DNA of 64,000 nt from Rhizaria sp. SCN 62-66. Lineage: Eukaryota. Each line of letters starts with the position of its first letter. Positions within the stretch are counted from its first letter, which is position 1. The notes below the pieces were generated by a model, which worked only from the letters and a program-made list of their open reading frames with translations, was not told the origin of the DNA and ran no database searches. Positions 32,801 through 42,000 of this stretch are shown here, piece by piece. Made by a program: the position numbers and the translations under genes. The stretch spans positions 62,001 to 126,000 of the forward strand of contig MEDY01000027.1 in NCBI GenBank assembly GCA_001724265.1, in the 5' to 3' direction.

Positions 32801-35302
32801 GGCGGCGGCGGCCGACAGCCCGCTGGTGAGGCGCGCAACGCAGGCCGAGGACGCGAGCCCGGCGCGGGTGAGGCGCGTGGCCGCGGCCGCGGGGTCCGCC
32901 AGCACGTCGCGCGCGTCCACGGCGGCGGCGCCCGAGGCTGCGGTGTGGCCCTCGGCGGCGGGGCTCAGCGCGGCCGCGGCGGGCGCCGTGGCTGTGGCGA
33001 CGGCAATGACGGCCTTGAGCGACGGCAGCAGCGTCTGCTCGCCTGCGGCCAGCGCGCCCGCGGCGCCGGAGCCCGCGCCGGCGTCGGCACAGGCCGTGAG
33101 CTCGGCGACCGGGCCCGCGACGTCGTCGAGCAGCACGTGCACATCCATGCCGGGGGGCAGCCCCGACGGCAGCAGCGCCGCGGCCGAGGCGTCCGCGCGG
33201 CCCAGCACCGCCGCGGCGGCCGCGGCCACTGCAGCGTCGGCGATAGTGCGCTCGTACGCGTCCAGGAAGCGCGGGCCACTCGCGGCGGGCTCACTGCCAC
33301 AGGTGGCAGCGGGCCACAGCGCGCGCGGGTGCAGCGCAGCGGACACGCGCGCCTCGGCGTCAGCGTACACGGCGCGCTCGAACGACGGCGGCGGCGGCAT
33401 GGCAGCACCTGAGTGCGCGTCGGCGGGCGCGGTGGCCGCGGCGGTCGCGGCCGAGATGCCCAGCCCCGTCACGGCCGAGGCCAGCGCGGACACGCCGCGG
33501 CTGGCCATGGCAGCCAGCCGCAGCGTGGCGCGCTCGCGGGCGGCCATGCTCGCGGTCTCCTCGGCGGCCGCGGCCATAATGGTGCCGACCACAGTCTTGA
33601 GCTGCCGAAGGGACTCCACGGCCGCGTCCCCGCGCGCGCTCGCCTGCGCGGCCTCGGTGCGGGCCGCCTTGAGCTCGCCGCCCAGCGCCGCGATCTGCGC
33701 GTCGCGCTCCGCGCCCGCGCGCGTCCAGGCGGCGATGTCGGCGCGCGCGGCGGCCGCGGCGGCGTCGGCTGCGGCCAGCGCAGCCGTTTGCTCGCGGATC
33801 AGCGTCTCCGCGGCCTCCAGCGCCTCCGCGCTCGCGGCGGCGCGCGCCTGTGTGTCAGCCAGCTGCGCCTGCAGCTCCTCGGCACTGCGGCGCTGCGCGG
33901 CGGCGGCAGTGTCGCGCGCGGCCAGCTCCGTCTGCGCGGCCGCCAGAGCGGCCGACAACTCATCGCAGCGCTCCAGCGCCTGCGCGCGCTCACTCTGCGT
34001 GGCCGCCACGACGCCGTCGGCCGCGGTCTTGGCCGCGCTCAGCGCGCGCGCGGCCGTCAGCGCGGCGGGCAGCGAGTCGGCGCCGCCCAGCACCGCAAGC
34101 AGCGCGCGCGCGAGGTCGGCGGGGCGCTCGCCCGCGGCGCCCGGCGCGAGAGACAGCGCCTGCGCAAGTTCGCGCGCGCCCTCAAGCGCGGCCTGCGGCG
34201 AGGCAAGCCCGTGCGCGGCGGCCAGCGGGCGCGCGGCGGTCAGCGAGCGGCCCAGCTCAGCGCACAGCGCGGCCGCGGCGCCGGGGTCCGCCAGCGGGAC
34301 TGCGAGCGCGCGCGGGATCGAGGCCAGCGCGGAGGCGGCGCGCAGGGCGGCGGCCAGGTCGCGTGGGGACGCCGTCTCGGCGAAGGGCGAGCCGGCGGGC
34401 GTGAGCACCGCGTCGCACAGCGCCGCCGTGGCCGTGCGCGAGGCCGCCAGCGCGGTCTGCGAGCGCGCCAGCGCGGCCAGCGCCGCGGGCAGGCGCGTCG
34501 GCCGCGCGGTGACGCCGCTGCCGTCGGCCGCCCCTGCGATGGCGGCATCGCTGTCTTCATCGGCGTCCGAGGCGGCGTCGGCGGCGAAGGAGTCGTCGGC
34601 GGCCGCCGCGTCATCGAGCGCGCCCGTGAGCGCGAGCCCGTGGCACAGCGCAGACGCCGCCGAGGACACCGCGCGGCGCGTCTCGCGCGCCTCGGTCGCG
34701 GCCTGCGCGGCGAACGCAGAGACAAGCTCGCGCAGCGCGGGGTCATGCAGCGCGGGGTCCGCCGGCAGCGCCGAAGACGACGAGGTCGTGGACGAGGACG
34801 CTGCAACTGCGGCACTGGTGGCGGACGAGGGCGGCAGTGCGGGGCCCAGGGGCACGGAGGCGGTGCGGACGCGCGCGTCGACAGGCCGCTGAAGCGCTGC
34901 AAGCTCCTTCTGGTGCTGCTGGTGCTGCTGCTGAAACTGTGCGAGCGCGTGCGCGTAGAGGTGCTCGAGGCGCGCGACGGAGCGGTCGCCGTGCGCAACC
35001 ACGGACTGCAGCAGCGAGCGCGAGATATGCGACGACGCGGCCTCGGAGCGGGCTGCGGAGCGGACCTCGTCAATGCGGTCGTCAAACTCGGCATCCAGCG
35101 CAACGAGGGCGCGCTTGGCGGCGTCCAGGTCATGGTGAAGCGCGTCGCGGTTGGCTGAGAGCTGCAGCTTCTCTTCCTGCAGGATGGTCACAGCGGTCGC
35201 GAGGTGCGAACGGTCAACGCGGAGCGCATTGTTCTCTTCTTCCAGACTCGCCAGGCGAGTCTGGATGTGAAGCAAAGAGACGGAAGTCTGGACGTCCGTC
35301 AT
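23858..35302 (-). CDS. Giant Ala/Glu-rich coiled-coil protein, ~3814 aa, with an acidic region and a basic Pro/Ser-rich tail; possible cytoskeletal or flagellar-apparatus scaffold
   Basis: Uninterrupted 11.4-kb ORF ending in TAA. Heptad-like segments (LASLEEENNALRVDRSHLATAVTILQEEKLQL and many LAAAE/ELA runs). Start is uncertain and an upstream exon is possible. Confidence 0.8.
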   Translation of the reverse strand: MTDVQTSVSLLHIQTRLASLEEENNALRVDRSHLATAVTILQEEKLQLSANRDALHHDLDAAKRALVALDAEFDDRIDEVRSAARSEAASSHISRSLLQSVVAHGDRSVARLEHLYAHALAQFQQQHQQHQKELAALQRPVDARVRTASVPLGPALPPSSATSAAVAASSSTTSSSSALPADPALHDPALRELVSAFAAQAATEARETRRAVSSAASALCHGLALTGALDDAAAADDSFAADAASDADEDSDAAIAGAADGSGVTARPTRLPAALAALARSQTALAASRTATAALCDAVLTPAGSPFAETASPRDLAAALRAASALASIPRALAVPLADPGAAAALCAELGRSLTAARPLAAAHGLASPQAALEGARELAQALSLAPGAAGERPADLARALLAVLGGADSLPAALTAARALSAAKTAADGVVAATQSERAQALERCDELSAALAAAQTELAARDTAAAAQRRSAEELQAQLADTQARAAASAEALEAAETLIREQTAALAAADAAAAAARADIAAWTRAGAERDAQIAALGGELKAARTEAAQASARGDAAVESLRQLKTVVGTIMAAAAEETASMAARERATLRLAAMASRGVSALASAVTGLGISAATAAATAPADAHSGAAMPPPPSFERAVYADAEARVSAALHPRALWPAATCGSEPAASGPRFLDAYERTIADAAVAAAAAAVLGRADASAAALLPSGLPPGMDVHVLLDDVAGPVAELTACADAGAGSGAAGALAAGEQTLLPSLKAVIAVATATAPAAAALSPAAEGHTAASGAAAVDARDVLADPAAAATRLTRAGLASSACVARLTSGLSAAAAMADAAVAAAADGAAVTTPALPHLTAAAVVASESASVSPLSTLSTLLSPYVAVHAALSAAFTGLAQTARAADAHAVAATLPLRSRVAAAEARATAAAEDAERVSARALRERAVADRAVATAGADRDAAVARAVAALEAAQTAHAEEFAALERRRAALAKELVDADEAAAEAQSAAAEEARAAIAAANAAAASAAAEQEREHAAAAAELEQRAKAAEARARAAVARSAADVAALKRTAADAAARVQSQHDAAMAAARERFDTAAAALRVARDEAIAQCQAQVALVSGLHDADAAAHRAAATAAEDAHARAIGALSQRLLEQHAQEISALQAAAATAAEAAETQFGDALAAAARENAAAAAESVRQLAEAQARAAAEQQALSQALAAAEARAEEAAIRGVALSEKVRLFEEQAPAVQTAAETLRASLAALQEKNALLTARGAAAEREVAVVGAERARAARENEELKAAVGALEDNVNATTLLVADALEGKAAAVARAQDAEQRADAAQAARGAEEARLQARADELEEAALRAATQASAAEAARSVALQQVAELAETARLLEAAAQLDRAAAEAALADRERAEQRAAQLERSLDDVLQRLEVAETQTAAAPDAAAQEELQRELKHTVIRAEAAEAAAERETERADAAEARAVAAEKGLQDALAWVQQTNDAEEEARNKAAAAADALAAVETALSDYQAAQANVAAESGAVAETGALSAEEAAELRELLALSAEQIAAANAQCGELRDALAAAEERCAAASAQTAAAEVERAALESALVAALQAQSESAAARAEAEQARDDAVNDSAEACALAAAAAAATAAAAEETSSAVLAAERAEAAEAAAREADTWAAVARAAEQLSAHEAAAQDALATAAAAKEEATVAEATRDAVLAELARVTADTGVAQEAAVSLAELAAALQQSQEDLAAARAQRDQWASAAMAAGADADAEGREALDAAALARDDAEAQCAALREENAQLQQRATEAEAERVVAEAALADAEDRAAAAHAVCADAEAAREVATAMRGDDTAELVAATEAAAAAEALALAAREEANSWSARAAAAEAALADAEAARAEAEAALEAAMAAHEEETAALAAAAEAARGEATELAARVADAEQELDLARAALDAARAELAEEAEAAAARAAAAAESAAMDAAAAETDAQEAVSTLAESEARAAAAESECEALRRAAVLAEGDAAAAACEREAAADEIAMLRAALAELEAAPVPADAIAEEALARAAMAENALGEAERECARLVVERQYERAAAAAREAALEAELRQQRGGACGEGDGDEDELELGDEVNLYASAGPSSRSPPTAMSTKLTRARSGDVRSVATDGGDEMGLPHPQVAAAPASITLSPPKPTHFSFLTHDDSTLAATEIIPAGDDAAASGAEALHAELSRATARIASLERAATTSNLIAAAAEEESARLAEAADAAAATLREMDALLETVMAQRAAAEQALEEALTEGDAKLAAAESAEDEIERLRWELAQATQQVDDFRAQRMRPASPSAHDSDDDDYNGAGSPPSTPPRATPPQRTTPPPAAESAALPAVVAQEWAAVADEVARLQSAVLARDAEAEAYEALCNEQAADLESALARVAELEVELAAATAAADRTEQDGAGEADKAVAQGAELRALLTAAEEQFVAAEADLVETRDALAREQERVAAFKADAEKRELDAAASARAEVAEREVAALHETVAGLQQSLRAAEEAAAEAADKLEAASERAAAAEAAVAADRAAAREAEAQSLEQLRAELARAESDAATALAELEHLQSTRVPALEAELAAAQAAAEAAAADAGSALGALDTAEVVAAAHALDHSAQLHTTETDAASALLALSAAEARADEFAALAEAARLEAAEARADAATAMMHADATREAAELAATEAAAALAAAREAAQSAARERDEWAASSTAQVADAAAADDKSVIQVSQTDAMRVAAEEQAAAATKAAETAAAALAKCEQELAALRAAPAYVVTAAEPGAPTAAGWARAQTMMRSKLEELSARLADARATVAALTRERDALLTERDAARAAAAVAARESRMKTIGLSAVVPTVRDLMARLEAADATVADAEAAAEVLRAQEEEREAAERERRAARMRRVAAGLNASADDAALAEDEDCESEDEAVPVQDTTKAQRAFEVFMEERQLSPVVGQGLESVDESGGEDEEDSEEAADAAAARRRSFAPATIPEEEQSDAVDAADPVYVVCDDAAADAAVDAVVDAAADAVAEGDAMVDVIAADEGDLAAEGDVAPAADEGDIILTDNEGDAAVATAEGDAVAAAEDESEEVGYVVDEPIDADADADADADADADADADADADADADVDADAAAEAEAEVEIKQAAAELAAAEEAAIAEAAAAEAAAAKAAANAEALAEKVAAELAAAQAELAALAAAAAAEAEAKAKADAEAEAEAQRQAAAERAAEEAAQAAAEAEAELAQQAAAAREDELVRRAEQAAAAAAAQQAVLSYLDGEGAFDALVAEAEADAADDTAAARAAAECEAAAQAAHAAAAVAAGFDDGDEPELLAYPHDPYGDERTGTPMIPLRALHGLNGLRAPALSQNLPRMPADVAPRPSSVASSTGHLPHALAHPLPVPGPVTTSFGVKGTNSLRGSAAFAAAGDEDLAPRSAGIVVTEAVMTHTGIVTGVVSSPRPPAQAAHPARPASSPRNAYVASSGYGSASYVPPTVRHGVSHSLAASPRGSRVPSARSSPSAGSAHGNYASAAPAASGPSTPRRAPAALDVTVDAAPSMMTMMRPTALSVAIGGAGGSVVPSPRASGPSPLGSRPGSAAMSPRQSAPSPRHAAPSPRAQVVVVTQNPSAAGNVAGMPGRVGYVPPSPQAAAKRAAAAIAAANAAKARAAERAAQQTPTRASASAHAVAQRGLPPKAPAGAAMALPPGMLMPAPVPASAAALEQRLSPAPSPRGGPSPIAAGGSTQMSNTQMTQGMLLSPLVRRFGQHANVPIGGLSDEERIKISVSQQ
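25815..25910 (-). repeat. Coding hexamer microsatellite, (GCATCG)16 on the plus strand, encoding an (Asp-Ala)n tract
   Basis: 16 tandem units, one of them a variant (ACATCG, giving DV). Confidence 0.95.
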
Positions 35303-36040
35303 GGGGCAAAAGGCGCAACGCGGCCGGCCGTCAGATATGAAGGTACGAACACCAACTTTGTTGAGAGGGGAGGCGGCAATGACTGCTTCCTCAAGCGCTG
35401 TGTGAACGAAGCAAAAAGAGTTCAGAAGAAGTAACAACGGAAGGTAAGAAAATATAGTACTCAGTTTTTAGATAACGTATATTGACGCGATAGGACACAG
35501 TTAAAGGCCTCTAAGTAACATGAAATGAAGTTCGCAGAAGGCAACGGCTCCTCTAGCTCTGAAACAAAGGAAGGCGTAGACGAGAGCATAGAAACTGGCA
35601 CAAGCCACTTTGCAATAACATGATATCTCCGTTACCAAATCTCATCTATTGACGGAAAATAATTCCTTTCATCGAATGCTTTGAAGCTCAAATTTGAATC
35701 CGCCATAGAGCCACCAGCGGGAAGACTTCCCCGAATGCAACTCTTTTCTCTTGCATCTCTATCGCCCGTAGGAAATGCAAAGATTGAAATTACGTGCTCA
35801 GTGATCCGTCAATGAAAAGCATCATAACACATTTGTTATAAATAATGCGCTTCATACTATATGCATTTATAAAATTTTCAAAATATTCGCCTAAGCGGAC
35901 TAACACTGACTGTTTTTTTAACCCTTGACCACTCATGTTTGAAGCTTCCCACAGCCTTTCCTAAAACCTACTCGGACAAGTCCAAGACAAAAACTCAACC
36001 TTCGACTCCCGCCGGCGCTCGACGAGCCACTGCTTGTTCT

Positions 36041-39000
36041 ATGTCGTCTGAAGCGCCCGGCGCGGCTCTTGGCTCTGCCATGCCGCCCAAGCCGGACGCG
36101 CACTGCGACAACTCTTCAGCGCCCACTAGCTCAGTGCCGTCCATCTCGGCGCCCACGGCTTCGCATCCGCGCACACTGACAATGGAGGACCTTGATGCTT
36201 TGCTGGAGGAGGAGGCCGCTGCGATTGCGCGCCTTGAAGCAGCTGACTCAGCGTTCATGATCGCTGGCAAGTCACCCCGTCCGTCCGCAGTTACGCCTGC
36301 GTACCGCATCGCCTCCCCCGCGCCCGTACCTACGCCGACGCCTGCACCTACCGCTGCGACTCCGGCTGCAGCTGTGTCTGTGGCAGTGCGTGCGCCCACC
36401 GCGCAGCCCGCGACCCAGGTGACGTTCTCGTCGTATGAGACGGCGCTGCAGAGCGCTCGTGCGCAGGGCGCGGCCCCGCACGCCAGCTTGCAGCGCGCTC
36501 GGCAGCAGGCGCCCGCGGGCTCGGAGGCGTTGCCGCCGCCTGCGCCTGCCCCGCACGCTTTGCCCGGACCCACCGCTGCGTCGACGCTGTCCGCCCCGGT
36601 CGCCGGCCCGCCGTATGCAGCGCCGGTGCCCTCGGGCGCGGCCGCGGACGTCGCGCGCGTGCTTGCGCTGCGCTCGCTGCTGCACAGCGACTCCACGGTG
36701 CGCGACCGCCTCGGCAGCGCGGCCGACACAGGTGCCGCAGCCAGGTTTGCGCTCACTGTCACCGACGCCGACGCTAGCGCTCCTACTGGCACTGACACTG
36801 GCACTGACACTGGCGCAGGCGCTGCTGGCGCTGGCGCTTGCGTGCAGCGCCCGCTGCAGGCGCATCCAGGACAGCCGCGGCCCGCGGGCGCGGCCGCCAC
36901 GGCGTCGTGCTCTGCCGCCGCCGGCCGCGCCGCGGAGGCCGCATTGCACCAGCTTGCTGGAGACGGTCTTGGAACCAGCAGCAGCAACAGTACTACTGAC
37001 AACGCAGCGGCCGAACACGCGCCTCTGAGCTTTGCTGCAGCGGCGGCGGTGGCTCAACTTGTGCGCAAGCAGGCCTTTCCCGCGCTGCCGCCTGGCCCTG
37101 CGATGCGCGTGCCCGGCGCCGCGCGAAGGCTGGCCGAGGACCCCAACCCGGCCCCGTTGCCGCTCGCGCCGCCAGCGGCGGGAGCCGTCGCGAGCGACGG
37201 GACGCCGCTATTCCTGCCGCCGCAGCGCTCCAACATGCTGTTGCCGCGGCGCCGGCGTGCGTCGCTGCCGTTACTGTCGCCCGCATTGCAGGCGCTGCTC
37301 GCGCACGCCCACACGCCGCTGGCGGGCCGGCCGCTGCTCGCCACGCGTGCGCTGCAGGCGCTTCTGCGCGCCGAGGCGCCCGTGCAGGGCCCTGAGGGCG
37401 CGCTGGCCGCCGGGGGCGGCGGCGGCGTGTACGCCGCGATGACCGCGGCCGTGCACATGGTCGCGCACAGGCACGCGCCCTCGGCGCTGCGCGACGTTGC
37501 TGCGGCCACGGCGGCCGCGACTGCAGCGGCGGGCGCGGGTGGACAGGCGGACGCCGTGCCTGCATCGCTCACGCCGCTTGCTCTGCCGTTCCCGACGGCT
37601 GTGTTGACTGCTCTTGCCGCGGGGCCGCACCTGCGCACGCCGGAGACGACCTTTGCGCTGGCGCGGTTGCTCAAGGCGCGCACGTTTCTCTCCGCCGCAG
37701 AGCCCGTGTACGCGCTGGCGACTGTCGCACGCAGCCTGTTCGTGGTGTTGCACGGCGGCGTGGTGCTCAGCGACGTCATGGGGCGCAAGACGACGCTCGC
37801 GCCCGGCGCCGTTTTTGGCACTGAAGGGCTGGCTGCCAGCGCGGACGCGTTCGACGCCGCTCGCGAGCGCGCGCGCCGTGCCGCCGCTGAGGCGCACCCC
37901 GCGTCGCGCCCGCCCGCTACTGCCATGTACGCCGCGACTGCGTCCACGGCCCCTACAGCTGCACCGGCCCCTGCGGGTGCCGAGCGTGGCGGCGCTCACG
38001 ACGGAGCAGGCGTGCTCAAGTGGGGTGTGGGCCATAACTTCAAGCTGACTGCGCCAACACCTCTACTGCCTGTGCGCTCGCCGCAGGTGTTGCAGCGGCG
38101 TGTCGGCGAGGACACCAATACCGTGGATGGAAACGACGCCGCACCTGGGGCACCCTCAGCGGTGCCCGAGCCCGCGCCCGTGCGCAGCGTGCGCCTACAC
38201 TGGGCCGTGACCGGCGCCGGAACGACTGTGCTCGGCGAGGTGCCGTATGCGCTCTGGCATGCGTTTCATGCGCTCTGGCTGCGCGGTGCGGCCCCGGACC
38301 GCGAGGGCGCGCTGTGGAGCCGCCTCGCCGCGAGTGACGGTGCGGAGTTCTCTTCAGGCACAAGTGCTAGCGTCGGCGACGATGAGGCGCCAGTCGCTGT
38401 CGCTGCGCCAGCGCAGGAGGACTGCTTCTTGGAGCCCGAGCTCAGCGCTGCCACGGAGGCAGAGCTGCTTTGCGACTGTGACCGTGTTAACACGAACGCA
38501 CCGCACAGTCTTTTATGTTCATCGCGCTACTCCCAGTGGCTCTTGCGCCCTACACCTCCACAACGCGCAACAAACAACCCTGCTGCCGCTGTAGCAATGC
38601 AGTCATCAAATGTTAAAGCTCCAGTCCCGGTTCCTGCGGTACCAACAGCAGCTGTGACTGGTAGTCAGACTGGTTTTAAATCTTAGACCGGGACAACACA
38701 AGCTTCTGATCCTAGTGCGCCACTTAGCATCATTGTTGGCGATGATAAGGTGACTTGCCCGCTGCCCAATCTTATTCTCTCGCCCTCACCCTCTGGGTCG
38801 GATGCCTCAACGGACTCCTCTTCGGCTGGTGCTGCTGCACCGGCAGTTATGCGTGCGTTATCTTCGGTCTCGCTGCCAACGCCACCCGTCACAGAGATGC
38901 CGACGGTCTCGCCTGCTCGGCTTGCGGGGCTGCATCTGGCCGCTTTAGCAACGGCTTCTGCCGCGCGCTCGGCGGCTTCCGAAGCTGCCTCTTCGAGTGC

Positions 39001-42000
39001 AACCCATGGTGCAGGCGACAGCGTGCGTTCTGGCGCCTCGAGTGCCGCTGCAGCTGCGGCTGCTCCGCCGGGCTCGCTGCTCTTTAGCGCCGTACCTTGC
39101 GAGCGCACGACACCGCTGCTGCGCCAGGGCCGGCTTCTCGCGCTGCAGAAGGGCGCCGTTGTGCAGACTGCCGGCGCCCGTCTTGACACTGTGTACATTG
39201 TGCTACGTGGCTCCGTATTGCGCGCCGTGCCCGCAAGCACTACGGCGGACGCCAGTGCTGCCTCGAAGGGTGCCAGTGCACTTGGACAGTTTCCTGTGGG
39301 TGTGCGCGGTCCGTCGCAGGCGCAGGTGCGCGCTGTGATGATGCATGCCGTGAACGCTGCGCAGCAACACGTTGTGCGCCGGCGCGCTGAAGCCGCACGC
39401 ATTGCCTCTCGGAGTTCGCGCGTAAGCCCCGCACTGGAAGCCGCTGACGGTGCCGTTCGTGTGCTCCGGCAGACGCTACTGACGGTCACTGCGCCACTCG
39501 CCAACGTCGAGATTGGTACCGGTGCGAAAGCCTTTCCACCAGTCTGGGGTGTGTTGGCTGCGGCAGCCATTCATAAGCCAGACACGCTTGCGAGCCCCAC
39601 ACCTGGCCCCCCCGGCGCTGTTTCCTCCAGAGCAGCCAGCACAAGTGTGCTCTCACGTAGCGCCTTAAGCGCGGGCACTCTGCCTGAGGCGCTTGACTGG
39701 CTTTCGGGTGTATCGCGCATGGCGGCGTCAGCGTCAGCAATGCTTGAGTTTGCCACCATCTACGCTGACCATGAGCGTGAGGCCGCGACCGCTGCTATTC
39801 ACAGTGATTATCTGTCTCACAATTGTGCTGTACAGCTTCCTACATTCTCCGCATCAGGTGGTCCTGCTTCTACCTTGGATACGCAGACACGCACGCTTTC
39901 AGTCAGCGGTGATAACGCTTCTTGGTCTGCTAAAGGCATGGATTTTACGGTTGATGCACTCCGGAGGCTCAAGCGCAACGCGGTTCGCTCGTGGGGCCAC
40001 GGTTCGCCGCCGCCTCCGCGGGACTTTTCTTATGCCGCTGCGATGCGAGCGACGAACGCGACCAAGGGGCGCGTTGGGCCGGGTGCTTTTTCACGCTCTG
40101 TTGCTGTGACGGCCTTGTCCGCGTGGGGCCTTGTGTGTAACCCAGATGCCAGCATCTACGACTTGCTTTCGTTGCTCTTGCCGCTTCCCGAGCCCACAGT
40201 GACTGCTGCACCTGTGGCGGCATCAATGACTGGGGCTGCATCGGCAGCAACAGAACAGTCGCACCAGCGTGAGCCTCCACTGACGCGCGGCAATAGTATG
40301 CCACGTTCTCTGGGGGGGCACGCGCGCAGTCACAGCGGCGTGGCCTTTGCTCCATTGAACCGCTCACCTGGTGGTGACGGGCCGCAATCGACGCCGTTTG
40401 TGGCACAAACGTCTGACCGCAGCTCGCTTCACCTTGCCGAGCGTTTCCAGCTCTCTGTTGCAGGTGCACCTGTGACTACCGCAACTTCTGCTATGACTGC
40501 GACAGAGCCTCCAGTCGGGCTTGCACGTACACCTTCGTATTCACGGCGTGTGAGCTCTATTGCTGGTACTGACGCTGGCGGCGCCAGCGCCGTTAAGTGG
40601 AAGCCGCAGAAGCGGAGTCCCGCGCCGACACTAGGTGTGTCTACGGCTGCTATTTCCGCTGCTGTTGCTGCTGTTGCCGTGCTCAAGCTGCGCGCGACTG
40701 CAGGTGCCAACGCTGAAGCTGAGGCCGCCCTTGGTGGCACTGTGACTGAGCGCGGTGTGGCGGCAGCCAGCACACTCTCGGACGGCGTCAGCGTCCTGCT
40801 CGCGCCCGGTGCACTGCTCGCGACCGAGGTTGCTCACCATGCTGCGCGTGCTGGTACGAGTGGTCGCGGCTATGACGGGCTTACGGAGTCTTTTTCGACC
40901 GCAGCTCTCTCGCACGCCGCACTTTCCGCCGCCGCAACTGTCGCTGCTTTTGCGATTGCGCGTGGCGCGCCGCTGCACTCTACGGCGTTGGCGGCCTCGG
41001 CAGCCGCAGTTGCTGCGCTCGCTCCTGTCATGGTGCCGGGGCTTGCCCCGTCTGTGTCGCATACCCCATCGGAAGCACACCTCAACGTCGCGACGGCGGC
41101 TGGCTCACGCCCAGTGACGATTGCGGACGCTGTCACTTTGCCAGGAAGCCCGAACACATTTGATGCGTCGTCTATGGCAACGCCTACGGCTTCTGGACCT
41201 ATTTCGAGCACAGCGCATGCAGTACCTAGTTTTAACACAACGCATGGAGTGGTAGTGGAAAACGTAAATCAGTCTGCGACTTCACCCGCCTTGGCTACTG
41301 TTGAGTCAGTGCACGCGACTGTGGCTGTGGCCGCACAGAGTGTGACTCCTGCGACTCTGCAGACAGCAAAAACTGTCACCGCGACGGGTGAGACTACCAC
41401 TGTTCAGACTGTAGTTTCGGAGTCCGCTGTTGCCACTGCCGCTCAACAAGCGACGTCACCTGAACTTGCGTCTGTGCCTGCTCAAGCTCTCGATGGCCAT
41501 ACTGTAAGTGCCACTGTGGCGTCTTCAGCTGCGGCCGCACTCGCGGCGATTGACACTACTCTCCAAGTTGAGTTTGCAGATGGACCTTCTACGCCAAGCG
41601 AAACACCGCGCAACACCAGCCCCGCTGTTACGTCGCCGCATGCTCCAGTTGCCACCATCGCAACCGCTGCATCCTTGGAGATTCAAGTTGCCGTGGCCCC
41701 TGAGACTGGTTCTGCTCTTTCTGTCAGCACGCCTCTTACTCAGGCCGCACTGGCTGAAAGTCATGTCACCACACGACCTTTGCAAGTGTTGACATCACCA
41801 AACGTCTCTCTTGCCGCAGTCCCCCCGCGCCCGCCTGTGCGCAATCCTGGTCTGCCGCCACTGGCGCCCGGTGGCGCAACCGCGACTTCATCGTCGATGG
41901 CCGCGACACTGGTACCGCTTGCTTTTTCCTCAGCGCCATCTACGCCTGAGCTTCCGGGTGCGATGCGGAGCATGCCAACTCCTATTGGGGGCGCCGCAAT

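Noticed and set aside
23864-35158. Many long plus-strand ORFs (for example 28905..30728, 29792..31945, 32679..34892)
   Set aside because: These are antisense shadows of the GC-rich Ala/Glu coiled-coil gene; they translate as Ser/Ala/Arg-rich text with no domain signal.
7795-38686. Treating the three TAG-interrupted genes as pseudogenes or as six separate genes
   Set aside because: There are no frameshifts or other stops across thousands of codons and no AT-rich spacer after the TAGs, and all three interruptions are the same codon. This is disfavoured but not formally excluded without read data.
7795-38686. Pyrrolysine or programmed readthrough as the explanation for the TAGs
   Set aside because: Pyrrolysine is known from archaea and bacteria, and these sites are in low-complexity linkers. 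The 3' contexts (GCG, GAC, ACC) share no readthrough motif such as CARYYA, and readthrough would not explain the absence of TAG at true gene ends.
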